A DNA stretch of 32,000 nt from Vibrio alginolyticus NBRC 15630 = ATCC 17749 (GCF_000354175.2 NC_022349.1:420001-452000), one strand, 5' to 3'. Positions 1 through 8,543 are shown, numbered from the stretch's first letter. Notes: generated by a model not told the origin, from the sequence alone. Numbers and translations are program-made.

Positions 1-476
1 ACGCCCAAGGACTCGGGTGCGGCGTCGCCTTTCATAATGGCTTGCGAGTTTTCGATATTTGGAATGGCCGCAAACCAAGCGTAGGGTGAAGCAGTGCTTG
101 GATTCAGTAAGCGTTGCCAGCTGTAGACAAAATCTTGTGCAGTGACCGTTTCGCCATTTGACCATTTTGCATCACGTAAGTGGAAGGTATAAACCGTATT
201 GTTGTCATTGACTGACCAAGACTCAGCAACACCAGGAATGGTTTTACCTTGCTTATCTTGAATGACCAGACCTTCAAACAGGTCTCGACCGAGATTGAAA
301 GCGGGCTCTGCGGCTTGCTTGGCTGGGTCAATAGAAGTAACTTCAGCCCCATTGTTTAGCGTAATTTCTTGTGTCTCATCGAGGGTCACACTTACGGGAT
401 ACGGCGCGGCATAGCTTGATGTTGCCAGTATTGGACTCATCATCGACGCTAATAAAAGCAACTTAGGTAATTTCAT
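1..476 (-). CDS. Peptide/oligopeptide ABC transporter periplasmic substrate-binding protein (OppA/DppA-type), N-terminal part; the gene runs off the window start
   Basis: My own minus-strand translation from the ATG at 476 gives MKLPKLLLLASMMSPILATSSYAAPYPVSVTLDETQEITLNNGAEVTSIDPAKQAAEPAFNLGRDLFEGLVIQDKQGKTIPGVAESWSVNDNNTVYTFHLRDAKWSNGETVTAQDFVYSWQRLLNP... It has a signal peptide and typical family-5 SBP motifs. It is absent from the ORF track because no stop lies in the window. Track ORF 104..352(-) is another frame and looks spurious. Confidence 0.8.
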   Translation of the reverse strand, partial: MKLPKLLLLASMMSPILATSSYAAPYPVSVTLDETQEITLNNGAEVTSIDPAKQAAEPAFNLGRDLFEGLVIQDKQGKTIPGVAESWSVNDNNTVYTFHLRDAKWSNGETVTAQDFVYSWQRLLNPSTASPYAWFAAIPNIENSQAIMKGDAAPESLG

Positions 477-671
477 CCTTGTCTCACTCTTTTCATCCTG
501 AAAGATGCCAAAAATGTATATTGTATAAATTGTCTACACAATCGAGTTTTAACATTACTGTAACAGGGTGTCAGGTATTGAGCTGTCTGGTCTCAAAAAG
601 TGAGCTAGGGGAATTTCTTTGAAGATCTGATATCAAGTTGGCATGACGGGAAGTAATTTTGCTTCGATACA

Positions 672-706
672 AATTAAAATCCCCTTCAAGCACAGGCTAG
701 AAGGGG
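672..706 (-). terminator. Rho-independent terminator downstream of the M20 peptidase gene
   Basis: Stem CCCCTTC (681-687) pairs with GAAGGGG (700-706). On the minus strand it is followed by ATTTTAATTT. It lies 35 nt after the stop at 741. Confidence 0.5.
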
Positions 707-740
707 AAGATAGTCAGTCTGCTCTTCAAAAGGCACGACG

Positions 741-1847
741 TTAACTGACTAGGAAATGTTTCACGAACTCAGTGATTTTGACCATATCACTTACCGCGAT
801 AAACTCTTCTGTCGTGTGTACTTTTGCCATGCCAGTTGAAAGATTGACCGTTGTGAGACCTTTCTTGTTAAAGTTGTTGGCATCGCTACCGCCGCCAGTG
901 CCTTTTGTGAAGGCGTCAATTCCCAACTCTGAAAACGCTGCTTTTATAGCGTTTACGTGCGGGTGGTTTTCTTCAATAACAAAAGCGTCGTAGGCTCGGC
1001 TAGATTCAATGTCGACTTCTGCACCGTGTTTTTCACAGACAGACTCTAATGTTGAGATCATATGATTGACCTGAGCATCTAGTTTATCGCCATTCAGGGA
1101 GCGTGCTTCTGCCACGATTTTTAATTCAGGCATAACAATGTTTGTGGCCTGACCGCCATTCACTATACCGATGTTGGCTGTCGTTTCTTCGTCGATGCGA
1201 AGCAGCTTCATTTGGTTGATGGCATCTGCCGCCACCATGATCGCACTGATGCCTTCTTCTGGCGCAAGCCCTGCATGTGCTGGTCGACCTTTGATTGTTG
1301 CCACGATTTTTTGCTGGCCTGGGGCTGCGGTCACAATAGTGCCAATAGGGCCACCCGTATCTAACACGATTGCTTCCGTTGAAGTGACGTGTGACATATC
1401 GAAGTATTGTGAACCGAATAAACCGCCTTCTTCATACACGGTGAAAGCAAGTTCTAACGTTTTGTGCTCAAGGTTTTCCGCTTGAATACAACGAACGGCT
1501 TCCATGATGGCAGCAATACCAGATTTATCATCGCCACCAAGAATCGTATTGCCTTTTGAACGGATAACGCCGTCTTCGATGATTGGCTCAATGCCAATGC
1601 CCGGTGTGACTGTATCCATATGACAGCTCATTAGGATAGAGCCGTCTTTTTTGCCGTCTAAACGGGCGTACACGTTAAAGCCGTTAGAAATGTGCTTAGG
1701 TACTGGAAGCTTGTGCACGGTAAAGCCTAGGTCGCCTAGCTGCTCTGCCAGTGTTTCTGCAATTTGTTTTTCGTTTGTTGATTCGCTATCGATACGTACC
1801 AGTTGGCAAAAATGTTCAACTAAGCGTTCTTGATTGATGTGTGTCAT
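741..1847 (-). CDS. M20 family metallopeptidase, peptidase T-like (tripeptidase-type)
   Basis: 368 aa ORF. It shows M20 hallmarks: HMDTV, GGDDKSG and a YEEGG-type Glu-Glu region, plus a dimerisation-domain-like middle. Several antisense track ORFs inside it are spurious. Confidence 0.85.
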   Translation of the reverse strand: MTHINQERLVEHFCQLVRIDSESTNEKQIAETLAEQLGDLGFTVHKLPVPKHISNGFNVYARLDGKKDGSILMSCHMDTVTPGIGIEPIIEDGVIRSKGNTILGGDDKSGIAAIMEAVRCIQAENLEHKTLELAFTVYEEGGLFGSQYFDMSHVTSTEAIVLDTGGPIGTIVTAAPGQQKIVATIKGRPAHAGLAPEEGISAIMVAADAINQMKLLRIDEETTANIGIVNGGQATNIVMPELKIVAEARSLNGDKLDAQVNHMISTLESVCEKHGAEVDIESSRAYDAFVIEENHPHVNAIKAAFSELGIDAFTKGTGGGSDANNFNKKGLTTVNLSTGMAKVHTTEEFIAVSDMVKITEFVKHFLVS

Positions 1848-2133
1848 TAGAAGTCTCTTTTTCTGATCGAGCGTGAAGCCTTGTGGCTCGGCTCGATAGG
1901 GAACAGAGCACCACTTATGGCACAGTTACTTTTAAATAAAACTGAGGTGAATCAATAAAGGGGTATCCATGACACGATTCTGACCGATGAGCCTTTCGAA
2001 CTGTATGAAGCGTCACGAAACATTACTTTTGATGTTTTGCAGGAGCAAATGAATAAATCGGATAGAGATAGGGTGCAATAGATTTTCCATACCCTTTTAC
2101 TTTTTGAGTTACGTTGCCAAGATAAAATGCCAA

Positions 2134-2151
2134 AGTAACAACTTGTTTACA
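2134..2151. promoter_or_regulatory. Weak TyrR-box-like site
   Basis: AGTAAC-N6-TTTACA against the consensus TGTAAA-N6-TTTACA. The right half is perfect and the left half matches 4/6. Confidence 0.25.
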
Positions 2152-2250
2152 TTTTATGTGTTGGCGTAAAGCCGAAAATATCAATCTAATATATTGAAAA
2201 TAAGCAGTTTATTTGATGTTTACGAAAGTAGATTCGACGCGCCTCCTGTG

Positions 2251-2268
2251 TGTAACATATATTTTACA
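2251..2268. promoter_or_regulatory. Strong TyrR-box-like palindrome upstream of hppD
   Basis: TGTAAC-ATATAT-TTTACA has one mismatch to TGTAAA-N6-TTTACA. It lies 118-135 nt upstream of the hppD ATG and overlaps a TACAAT -10-like hexamer (2265-2270). Confidence 0.45.
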
Positions 2269-2385
2269 ATTATGCGTAAAAATCGCCAAGGTAAAGATTT
2301 CTCCCCACGTATTCCAATTTCTCAAGACCTGCGCCAAGTTAGAAAAATAAGTCCAAACAAAAGCTACTGAGACAAGGAGAAAGTC

Positions 2386-3459
2386 ATGGTTGATGCATAT
2401 AACCCACTAGGAACAGACGGATTTGAGTTTGTTGAATATACCGCTGCTGACAACAAAGGCATTCAACAGCTTAAAGATCTGTTTATATCGTTAGGTTTTG
2501 CGGAAATTGCAAAGCATCGCTCAAAAGAAGCGTGGTTATATCGACAAGGTGACATTAGCTTTATTGTGAATGCGCAGCCGCATAGCCAAGCTGAGGGATT
2601 CGCCAAAGTTCACGGTCCGTCGGTTTGTGGCATGGCATTTCGTGTGAAAGACGCCACCGTTGCTCTGGCGCATGCGTTAGAGAATGGCGGTAAAGAATAT
2701 AAAACGGAAATTGGGCCGATGGAGCTTAGCATTCCTGCTATTTATGGCATCGGTGAAAGCTTGCTTTATTTTGTCGACCGTTATGGAAAGCAGAGTATTT
2801 ATGATGTCGATTTTCGTTTTTATGATGATGCTGATGAGCGTTTATCAAAAGCGAATGTTGGTCTTTACGAAATCGACCACTTAACGCACAACGTTAAGCA
2901 GGGCAACATGGATGTCTGGTCAGGTTTCTATGAGCGCATTGGTAACTTCCGCGAAATTCGTTATTTCGATATCGAAGGTAAGCTGACTGGTCTTGTCAGC
3001 CGTGCGATGACCGCACCTTGCGGCAAAATCCGAATTCCTATCAATGAGTCGTCAGATGATAAATCGCAGATTGAAGAGTTTATCCGTGAATACAATGGCG
3101 AAGGTATTCAACACATCGCATTGACCACAGACGACATCTACGAAACGGTCAAAACATTGCGTGAGCGCGGCATGGACTTTATGCCAACGCCAGATACTTA
3201 CTACGAGAAAGTCGATCAGCGTGTTGAAGGCCATGGTGAAGATGTAAGCAAGCTTCGTGATTTGCAGATTCTTATTGATGGTGCGCCAACGAAAGATGGC
3301 ATCTTGCTACAAATCTTTACTCAAACCGTTATCGGCCCTGTGTTCTTCGAAATCATCCAACGTAAAGGCAATGAAGGCTTTGGCGAGGGTAACTTTAAAG
3401 CGTTGTTTGAATCGATAGAAGAAGACCAAATTCGACGAGGAGTATTGAGCGATGCATAA
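2386..3459 (+). CDS. hppD: 4-hydroxyphenylpyruvate dioxygenase (the VllY/legiolysin-type HPPD of vibrios)
   Basis: 357 aa. N-terminus NPLGTDGFEFVEYTA, C-terminal FFEIIQRKG..GFGEGNFKALFESIEEDQIRRG signature. GGAGA RBS 7 nt upstream. Confidence 0.95.
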   Translation: MVDAYNPLGTDGFEFVEYTAADNKGIQQLKDLFISLGFAEIAKHRSKEAWLYRQGDISFIVNAQPHSQAEGFAKVHGPSVCGMAFRVKDATVALAHALENGGKEYKTEIGPMELSIPAIYGIGESLLYFVDRYGKQSIYDVDFRFYDDADERLSKANVGLYEIDHLTHNVKQGNMDVWSGFYERIGNFREIRYFDIEGKLTGLVSRAMTAPCGKIRIPINESSDDKSQIEEFIREYNGEGIQHIALTTDDIYETVKTLRERGMDFMPTPDTYYEKVDQRVEGHGEDVSKLRDLQILIDGAPTKDGILLQIFTQTVIGPVFFEIIQRKGNEGFGEGNFKALFESIEEDQIRRGVLSDA

Positions 3460-4594
3460 ATGGATCACATTCCCTCACCGGGAGGGAGTGTGCTCTAAAC
3501 AAGCGCATGCTGACTTCCCGAAAGAGGCAATTTATGAACGTGAGGCAGGTCGAAGTGGCTTCTTCGGCCCCGCAACACATTTTCATCATCAACATGCCCC
3601 AACGGGGTGGTCTGAGTGGGAAGGCGAGCTACGTCCACGAGCATTTGATTTTAATCTAGTCGAGAAAGCCAGCCATATTACCCCTTGGGCAGTCCCGCAT
3701 CTATTACACAACGCGAATTGTAAAGTTCGTGTTTGGCGTATGGATGAAAAAATGGACTTCTTGGTGAGAAACGCGGATGGCGACGAACTGCTATTCATCC
3801 ACCAAGGTACGGCAGATCTCTACTGTGATTATGGTCATTTGAAAGTGAGTGAAGGGGATTATGTCATGATCCCGCGCTCAACGAGCTGGCGTTTAGAACC
3901 AAGCGAGCCGATGTTCATTCTGATGATTGAAAACACCGATGCGGCCTATACATTGCCCGAAAAAGGCATGGTTGGAAACCACGCGGTGTTTGATCCAGCG
4001 GTTTTAGAAACGCCGTCGATCAACGATCAGTTCCGTGCTCAATATTCTGAGAATCAAACACAGGTTCAGGTGAAACGCCACGATAAAGTCAGTGTTATCA
4101 CTTACCCATTCAACCCGCTGGATGCGATTGGGTGGCATGGTGATTTGGCGGTAGTAAAAGTGAACTGGCGTGATATTCGTCCACTTATGTCACATCGTTA
4201 CCATTTACCGCCTTCTGCACATACTACATTTGTAGGATCAGGATTTGTGGTGTGCACCTTCGTTCCTCGTCCAATTGAAAGTGATCCTGGAGCGCTCAAA
4301 GTACCGTTCTACCACAACAATGACGATTATGACGAAGTCTTGTTCTACCATGCAGGTGATTTCTTCAGCCGTGACAACATTGAAGCGGGTATGGTGACAT
4401 TCCATCCAGCAGGATTTACACATGGCCCTCACCCAAAAGCTTTCAAAGCAGGGCGAGAGCATAAGAAGACTTTTACCGACGAAGTCGCGGTCATGATTGA
4501 TACGCGTCACGCACTTCAGTTTTCGGATGAGCTGGAAAAAGTAGAAAACAAAGAATACGTCTATAGCTGGCAGAGAAGTAAGAGGCAAGGATGA
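3452..4594 (+). CDS. hmgA: Homogentisate 1,2-dioxygenase
   Basis: 380 aa of the short bacterial HmgA type (cupin). Its start overlaps the hppD stop by 8 nt (ATGCATAA), indicating translational coupling. Pathway context supports the call. Confidence 0.9.
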   Translation: MHKWITFPHREGVCSKQAHADFPKEAIYEREAGRSGFFGPATHFHHQHAPTGWSEWEGELRPRAFDFNLVEKASHITPWAVPHLLHNANCKVRVWRMDEKMDFLVRNADGDELLFIHQGTADLYCDYGHLKVSEGDYVMIPRSTSWRLEPSEPMFILMIENTDAAYTLPEKGMVGNHAVFDPAVLETPSINDQFRAQYSENQTQVQVKRHDKVSVITYPFNPLDAIGWHGDLAVVKVNWRDIRPLMSHRYHLPPSAHTTFVGSGFVVCTFVPRPIESDPGALKVPFYHNNDDYDEVLFYHAGDFFSRDNIEAGMVTFHPAGFTHGPHPKAFKAGREHKKTFTDEVAVMIDTRHALQFSDELEKVENKEYVYSWQRSKRQG

Positions 4595-5628
4595 AATTAG
4601 CAACCAAGAAAAATGGCACTCGTGACGGTTTGTTGATGGTCGTGAGCAAAGACTTAACGCGCTGCGTACCTGCGACAGAAATTTTCCACCCTATGAACTT
4701 AGCTCCGACGATGCAGGTGGCGCTTGATAACTGGGATGCGCTAGCACCACAACTGGAAGAGCTATACCTTGCACTGAACAATGGCACGGTTGCAGGGTAT
4801 GAAGAGTTTGAAGCGCACTACTGTGAGTCGCCGCTTCCTCGCGCTTATCAGTGGGCTGATGGCAGTGCTTACGTAAACCACGTTGAGTTGGTTCGAAAAG
4901 CTCGCGGCGCTGAAATGCCAGAGAGTTTTTGGACGGACCCGTTGATGTACCAAGGAGGCTCTGATGCCTTTATTGGACCTTGTGACAACATCGAGTTTGC
5001 GAGTGATGAATGGGGTATTGATTTCGAAGGTGAAGTTGCTGTGGTAACTGGTGACGTGCCAATGGGCGCGAGTGTTGCAGAGGCTCAGGAGTCGATTCGT
5101 TTGATCATGCTGGTGAATGATGTCTCACTGCGTGGTCTAATTCCGGCAGAGTTAGCTAAAGGGTTTGGTTTTTTCCAATCTAAACCTTCTTCTGCGTTTT
5201 CTCCTGTGGCAGTAACACCTGACGAACTAGGCGATGCGTGGTACGAAAACAAAGTGCATTTACCACTGGTCTCGACATACAACCACAAGCCGTTTGGTCG
5301 CCCAAATGCGGGTATCGATATGACGTTTGATTTTGCAGACTTAATTGTTCATGCGACTAAAACGCGCCCGCTTTCTGCTGGGGCAATTATAGGTTCTGGC
5401 ACGGTATCTAATAAGCAAGGCACCGAACATGGCACTTCGATTGAGGAGGGTGGTGTTGGTTATTCATGTATCGCGGAAGTTCGCATGATTGAAACCATTC
5501 GTGATGGTAAGCCGTCGACTAACTTCATGTCGTTTGGAGATTCAATTAGATTGGAAATGTTCGATGCGGATGGCAACAACATATTCGGTTCGATTGACCA
5601 ACAAGTTAGCCAATATCTCAAGCACTAA
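4591..5628 (+). CDS. fahA: Fumarylacetoacetate hydrolase family protein (fumarylacetoacetase role)
   Basis: 345 aa FAH-fold protein. It has a 4-nt ATGA start/stop overlap with hmgA and sits between hmgA and maiA. Confidence 0.85.
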   Translation: MKLATKKNGTRDGLLMVVSKDLTRCVPATEIFHPMNLAPTMQVALDNWDALAPQLEELYLALNNGTVAGYEEFEAHYCESPLPRAYQWADGSAYVNHVELVRKARGAEMPESFWTDPLMYQGGSDAFIGPCDNIEFASDEWGIDFEGEVAVVTGDVPMGASVAEAQESIRLIMLVNDVSLRGLIPAELAKGFGFFQSKPSSAFSPVAVTPDELGDAWYENKVHLPLVSTYNHKPFGRPNAGIDMTFDFADLIVHATKTRPLSAGAIIGSGTVSNKQGTEHGTSIEEGGVGYSCIAEVRMIETIRDGKPSTNFMSFGDSIRLEMFDADGNNIFGSIDQQVSQYLKH

Positions 5629-5649
5629 CAGTGCTGGTTGGGAGACGAT

Positions 5650-6318
5650 ATGAGCGATAGCATGGTTTTGTACGGATATTGGCGGTCTTCAGCGGCGTAT
5701 CGTGTGCGTATTTGTTTGAATCTTAAAGAGTTATCGTATGATTCAAAATCGGTACACTTGGTGCGCAATGGTGGCGAACAACACAGTGACGAGTACCATG
5801 AGTTAAACGCTTCTGAACTGGTTCCTTTGCTGGTGGATGGGGAGGTTCAGTTAACCCAGTCACTGGCGATCATTCAATACTTAGAAGAACACTACCCGGA
5901 TGTCACCGTGATCCCCGAGCAAACGCCGCTTCGATACCAAGCGCTAGCTTTGGCTCAGGATATTGCAATGGAGATTCATCCCCTGAATAACTTAAGAGTT
6001 CTACAGTATTTAGAGGGGGAGTTAGCTTGCGAGCCAGAGCGCAAAGTCGCTTGGATTCATCACTGGATCCACAAAGGTTTTACGGCATTAGAAGAGAAAC
6101 TTCAGAAGCATCGTAAACTAAATGGTGATTGTAAGTTTAGCCTGACAAGCTCGCCATCTATTGTCGATATTTGTCTGGTACCACAATTTTATAACGCACA
6201 ACGCTTTGGTGTAGATACCTCTCTTTATCCAACCATTAACGCTGTTGTGCAGTCATGCAATCAACTGCCAGCTTTTATTGATGCGATGCCAGAGAATCAG
6301 CCAGACGCTAATAGTTGA
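5650..6318 (+). CDS. maiA: Maleylacetoacetate isomerase (zeta-class glutathione S-transferase)
   Basis: GST-zeta motifs: LYGYWRSSAAYRVRI, and SLAIIQYLEE. The track start at 5638 is a TTG. The in-frame ATG at 5650 follows GGAGA (5641-5645), so it is preferred. Confidence 0.85.
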   Translation: MSDSMVLYGYWRSSAAYRVRICLNLKELSYDSKSVHLVRNGGEQHSDEYHELNASELVPLLVDGEVQLTQSLAIIQYLEEHYPDVTVIPEQTPLRYQALALAQDIAMEIHPLNNLRVLQYLEGELACEPERKVAWIHHWIHKGFTALEEKLQKHRKLNGDCKFSLTSSPSIVDICLVPQFYNAQRFGVDTSLYPTINAVVQSCNQLPAFIDAMPENQPDANS

Positions 6319-6355
6319 TTCTTAGCATACATAATGTATTAAAAAAATTAAAACG

Positions 6356-6390
6356 AGCCAATCCAAGTGTGTGATTGGCTTGTTTTTATT
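6356..6390 (+). terminator. Rho-independent terminator of the hppD-hmgA-fahA-maiA operon
   Basis: AGCCAATC (6356-6363) pairs with GATTGGCT (6373-6380), then TGTTTTTATT. An A-run upstream makes it potentially bidirectional. Confidence 0.7.
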
Positions 6391-6513
6391 GGTGAGCAAA
6401 ATTTTCTGTTTCTCGCTATCGTCGTGGCGCCTCAAAATTGCGAGGTTTTGTTGCTCTGCATAACATTTCCATTTACGCTTTGAGCAACGAGTTGTTTTGG
6501 ATGCACTTTATTT

Positions 6514-7173
6514 ATGACCAACATTTTTATCATTGTTGTTCTTCTGGTTTTATTCTTCTTTGTTATTCAAAAGTACGTGATTAAGCACGATGACACGCGT
6601 GATTATCCTTATCGCTCGAAAGGCCCTCTGCTCAGAGGTCAAGAGGGTGCGTTCTATAATGCGTTAAGAGCGGCGGTCGGGGAGCATGCCGTAGTATTCG
6701 CGAAAGTAAACATGTCCAGTTTGGTTACGCCAAAAGAAATCAAAAATAAGAAGCAGTTTTTTGTCGCGAACAATCGTATATCTCGAAGCTATTTTGATTA
6801 CGTTATTTGTGACCCAAGGACTCTAGAGCCGCGCGTTATCGTTGAATTGGATAATGGGCAGGAGCTAAACAAGGGTAAGATAGAAAGACAAAAGTTATTG
6901 ATTCATGTTTGTAAGACGGCCAACCTGCCTTTAATTGGCGCCTCGATAAAGCACAGTTATCAAGTTGGGCGATTACGTCGTTTGCTTGCGGCACACATTG
7001 ATTTGATTGAGCCCGATAAAGAAGTGCGTTTTTGTAAAAAATGCGGCAGTCCGATGATCATTAAAACCGCAAGCCAAGGTGAGTTCAAAGGGAGACGTTT
7101 CTTTACTTGTAGCCGTCAGCCGAATTGTACATACACCGAAAATTATAACGTTGTGTTTGAGGCGGACGACTAA
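6514..7173 (+). CDS. DUF2726 (restriction-endonuclease-like fold) protein with an N-terminal TM helix and a C-terminal topoisomerase-type C4 zinc ribbon
   Basis: 219 aa. Hydrophobic N-terminus IFIIVVLLVLFFFVI. Core FDYVICD...VIVELDNG resembles Vsr/DUF559/DUF2726 nuclease-fold motifs. The C-terminus CKKCGSPM...FFTCSRQPNC is a TopA-like 4-Cys ribbon. Confidence 0.7.
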   Translation: MTNIFIIVVLLVLFFFVIQKYVIKHDDTRDYPYRSKGPLLRGQEGAFYNALRAAVGEHAVVFAKVNMSSLVTPKEIKNKKQFFVANNRISRSYFDYVICDPRTLEPRVIVELDNGQELNKGKIERQKLLIHVCKTANLPLIGASIKHSYQVGRLRRLLAAHIDLIEPDKEVRFCKKCGSPMIIKTASQGEFKGRRFFTCSRQPNCTYTENYNVVFEADD

Positions 7174-7201
7174 ACACGACAATTAACCAGCAGAAACAAG
7201 G

Positions 7202-7234
7202 GGCTTTGATTAGAGATGATCAAAGCCTTTTTTG
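7202..7234 (+). terminator. Rho-independent terminator after the DUF2726 gene
   Basis: GGCTTTGAT (7202-7210) pairs with ATCAAAGCC (7219-7227), followed by TTTTTTG. Confidence 0.7.
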
Positions 7235-7292
7235 TATCAGTCCTCAAGGCAAGACCTATACTTTGAAAAAGAGTGCAGAATAGGGCAGCCAT

Positions 7293-7631
7293 ATGCGATA
7301 CGGATGGATTTTGTCAGCATTGTTCATCGCATCTAATGTTAGTGCGATACCTAATTTGAAACCACTAGAGTGTGAATTGACAGAGACACCCCAAGATCAT
7401 TTCTTGTTTTACCGAGAGCAAATGGTTTACCACAGTGAGCAGTTTGTCATATTTCAAAACTTCAAAGGCAGGGTGAGCACTCAAGTGGATGTTAAAACAG
7501 GAGAGTTGATCCGTACAACCTATATCGGCGAACCATTTAAACCTAAATATCAGATTTTGTTCGGCACTTGCCCTAAGGTATCGCAAACCTTACAGATTTG
7601 GATGCTCAGTGAAGTGCCTTACGACAATTAA
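7293..7631 (+). CDS. Hypothetical small secreted protein
   Basis: 112 aa with signal-peptide-like MRYGWILSALFIASNVSA. I recognise no family. Confidence 0.5.
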   Translation: MRYGWILSALFIASNVSAIPNLKPLECELTETPQDHFLFYREQMVYHSEQFVIFQNFKGRVSTQVDVKTGELIRTTYIGEPFKPKYQILFGTCPKVSQTLQIWMLSEVPYDN

Positions 7632-7761
7632 GTGAGATAATAAAAGTTATATAGATCACACTTTTAAACCCTGCAGGCTCAGTCCTTGTCGATAAAATCA
7701 TCTGAAAACGCGTGTTGAGTTTACATTTTCGCCAAACGGTTCAAAGTTGGTAAATTTGTGC

Positions 7762-7790
7762 TTGCACCGTCGTTCGCTTATAGCTAATAT
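7762..7790 (+). promoter_or_regulatory. Sigma70-type promoter for the tRNA-Val pair
   Basis: TTGCAC (7762-7767), 17 nt spacer, TAATAT (7785-7790). A GC-rich discriminator CCTCGTCG follows, as in stable-RNA promoters. The tRNA starts at 7811. Confidence 0.45.
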
Positions 7791-7810
7791 CCTCGTCGTT
7801 CCAGAGAAAT

Positions 7811-7887
7811 GCGTCCGTAGCTCAGCTGGTTAGAGTATCGCCTTGACATGGCGGGGGTCGGTGGTTCGAGTCCACTCGGACGCACCA
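7811..7887 (+). tRNA. tRNA-Val (anticodon GAC)
   Basis: Hand-folded cloverleaf. The acceptor stem GCGTCCG pairs with CGGACGC. The anticodon stem TCGCC pairs with GGCGG around the loop TTGACAT. The T arm GGTGG-TTCGAGT-CCACT and an encoded CCA are present. Confidence 0.95.
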
Positions 7888-7920
7888 TTCTGAATTGAAT
7901 GGTTAGGAACATAAAAATTT

Positions 7921-7997
7921 GGGTCCGTAGCTCAGTTGGTTAGAGTACTACCTTGACATGGTAGGGGTCGGCGATTCGAGTTCGCCCGGACCCACCA
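7921..7997 (+). tRNA. tRNA-Val (anticodon GAC), second and divergent copy
   Basis: Cloverleaf with acceptor GGGTCCG/CGGACCC, anticodon stem CTACC/GGTAG around loop TTGACAT, T arm GGCGA-TTCGAGT-TCGCC, and encoded CCA. All stem differences from copy 1 are compensatory. Confidence 0.95.
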
Positions 7998-8005
7998 AAT
8001 TTTAG

Positions 8006-8035
8006 AAAAAGCCCACCTTTTGGTGGGCTTTTTTG
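8006..8035 (+). terminator. Rho-independent (symmetric) terminator after the tRNA pair
   Basis: AAAAA-GCCCACC-TTTT-GGTGGGC-TTTTTT. Confidence 0.8.
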
Positions 8036-8256
8036 TGTCTGTAATTCATTGATACTCAAGTAAAACTACTTCTTTTCTTGTCCCTTGTTTTTGCTCTGCT
8101 TTAGCCCCTTGTTAGAGATAAAAGCGCACTACTTGATCCGCAACACAACCTCAAAACCCTAAATGCAATGCATAAGGTGTATACGCTTCAAACCCACTAG
8201 AGCCGTCTATAAATCATGTTGCGTGCCACTAGCCGTGGCATTAGAGACAATGACTA

Positions 8257-8487
8257 TTAATCTAAATTATCTGGCGTGTGAAGATTGGTGCCGCATATTG
8301 TACATTTGTAGTCACCAGTCGCTTCGCCTTCCATTAATGAGCTAATTATTGCTGCAAATAGACCTGAGAAGAAACCTTTAGCTTTTTTCTCGGTCTTTTC
8401 CTGCGCTTTAGAGAAGCTTTCGTACCGATGCAGCGTTACTTCTTTACAATTACAGCAAAACGCTCTTGTCTCTTCAGAACCGTACAT
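8257..8487 (-). CDS. Small zinc-ribbon protein with a central hydrophobic/amphipathic segment (hypothetical)
   Basis: MYGSEETRAFCCNCKEV...GFFSGLFAAIISSL...YKCTICGTNL carries two CxxC pairs. The track ORF extends to 8613, but that extension would read through a perfect 15-bp palindrome. I prefer the ATG at 8487, or the TTG at 8496 which sits 8 nt after a GGAG. Confidence 0.5.
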   Translation of the reverse strand: MYGSEETRAFCCNCKEVTLHRYESFSKAQEKTEKKAKGFFSGLFAAIISSLMEGEATGDYKCTICGTNLHTPDNLD

Positions 8488-8543
8488 TTTTACCAATTGA
8501 TTTACTCCCTGTAAGTTAATTTCCCCAAGTGGCGTTATGTTCA

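Noticed and set aside
104-352. 82-aa minus-strand track ORF at the window start
   Set aside because: It is in a different frame from the OppA-like gene, which translates cleanly from the ATG at 476 through position 1.
772-1833. Plus-strand ORFs 772..993, 1171..1485 and 1651..1833
   Set aside because: They are antisense shadows of the M20 peptidase gene.
1959-2081. Start-less open frame (..DEPFELYEASRNITFDVLQEQMNKSDRDRVQ) as a real gene
   Set aside because: There is no ATG/GTG/TTG start in frame after the preceding TAA. I mention it only as a possible remnant within the hppD leader finding.
2684-5288. Overlapping ORFs within the hppD, hmgA and fahA genes (for example 2684..2884, 3052..3234, 3395..3595, 3589..3798, 4238..4603, 4491..4787, 4762..4953, 5085..5288)
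   Set aside because: All overlap well-supported genes in other frames or on the opposite strand.
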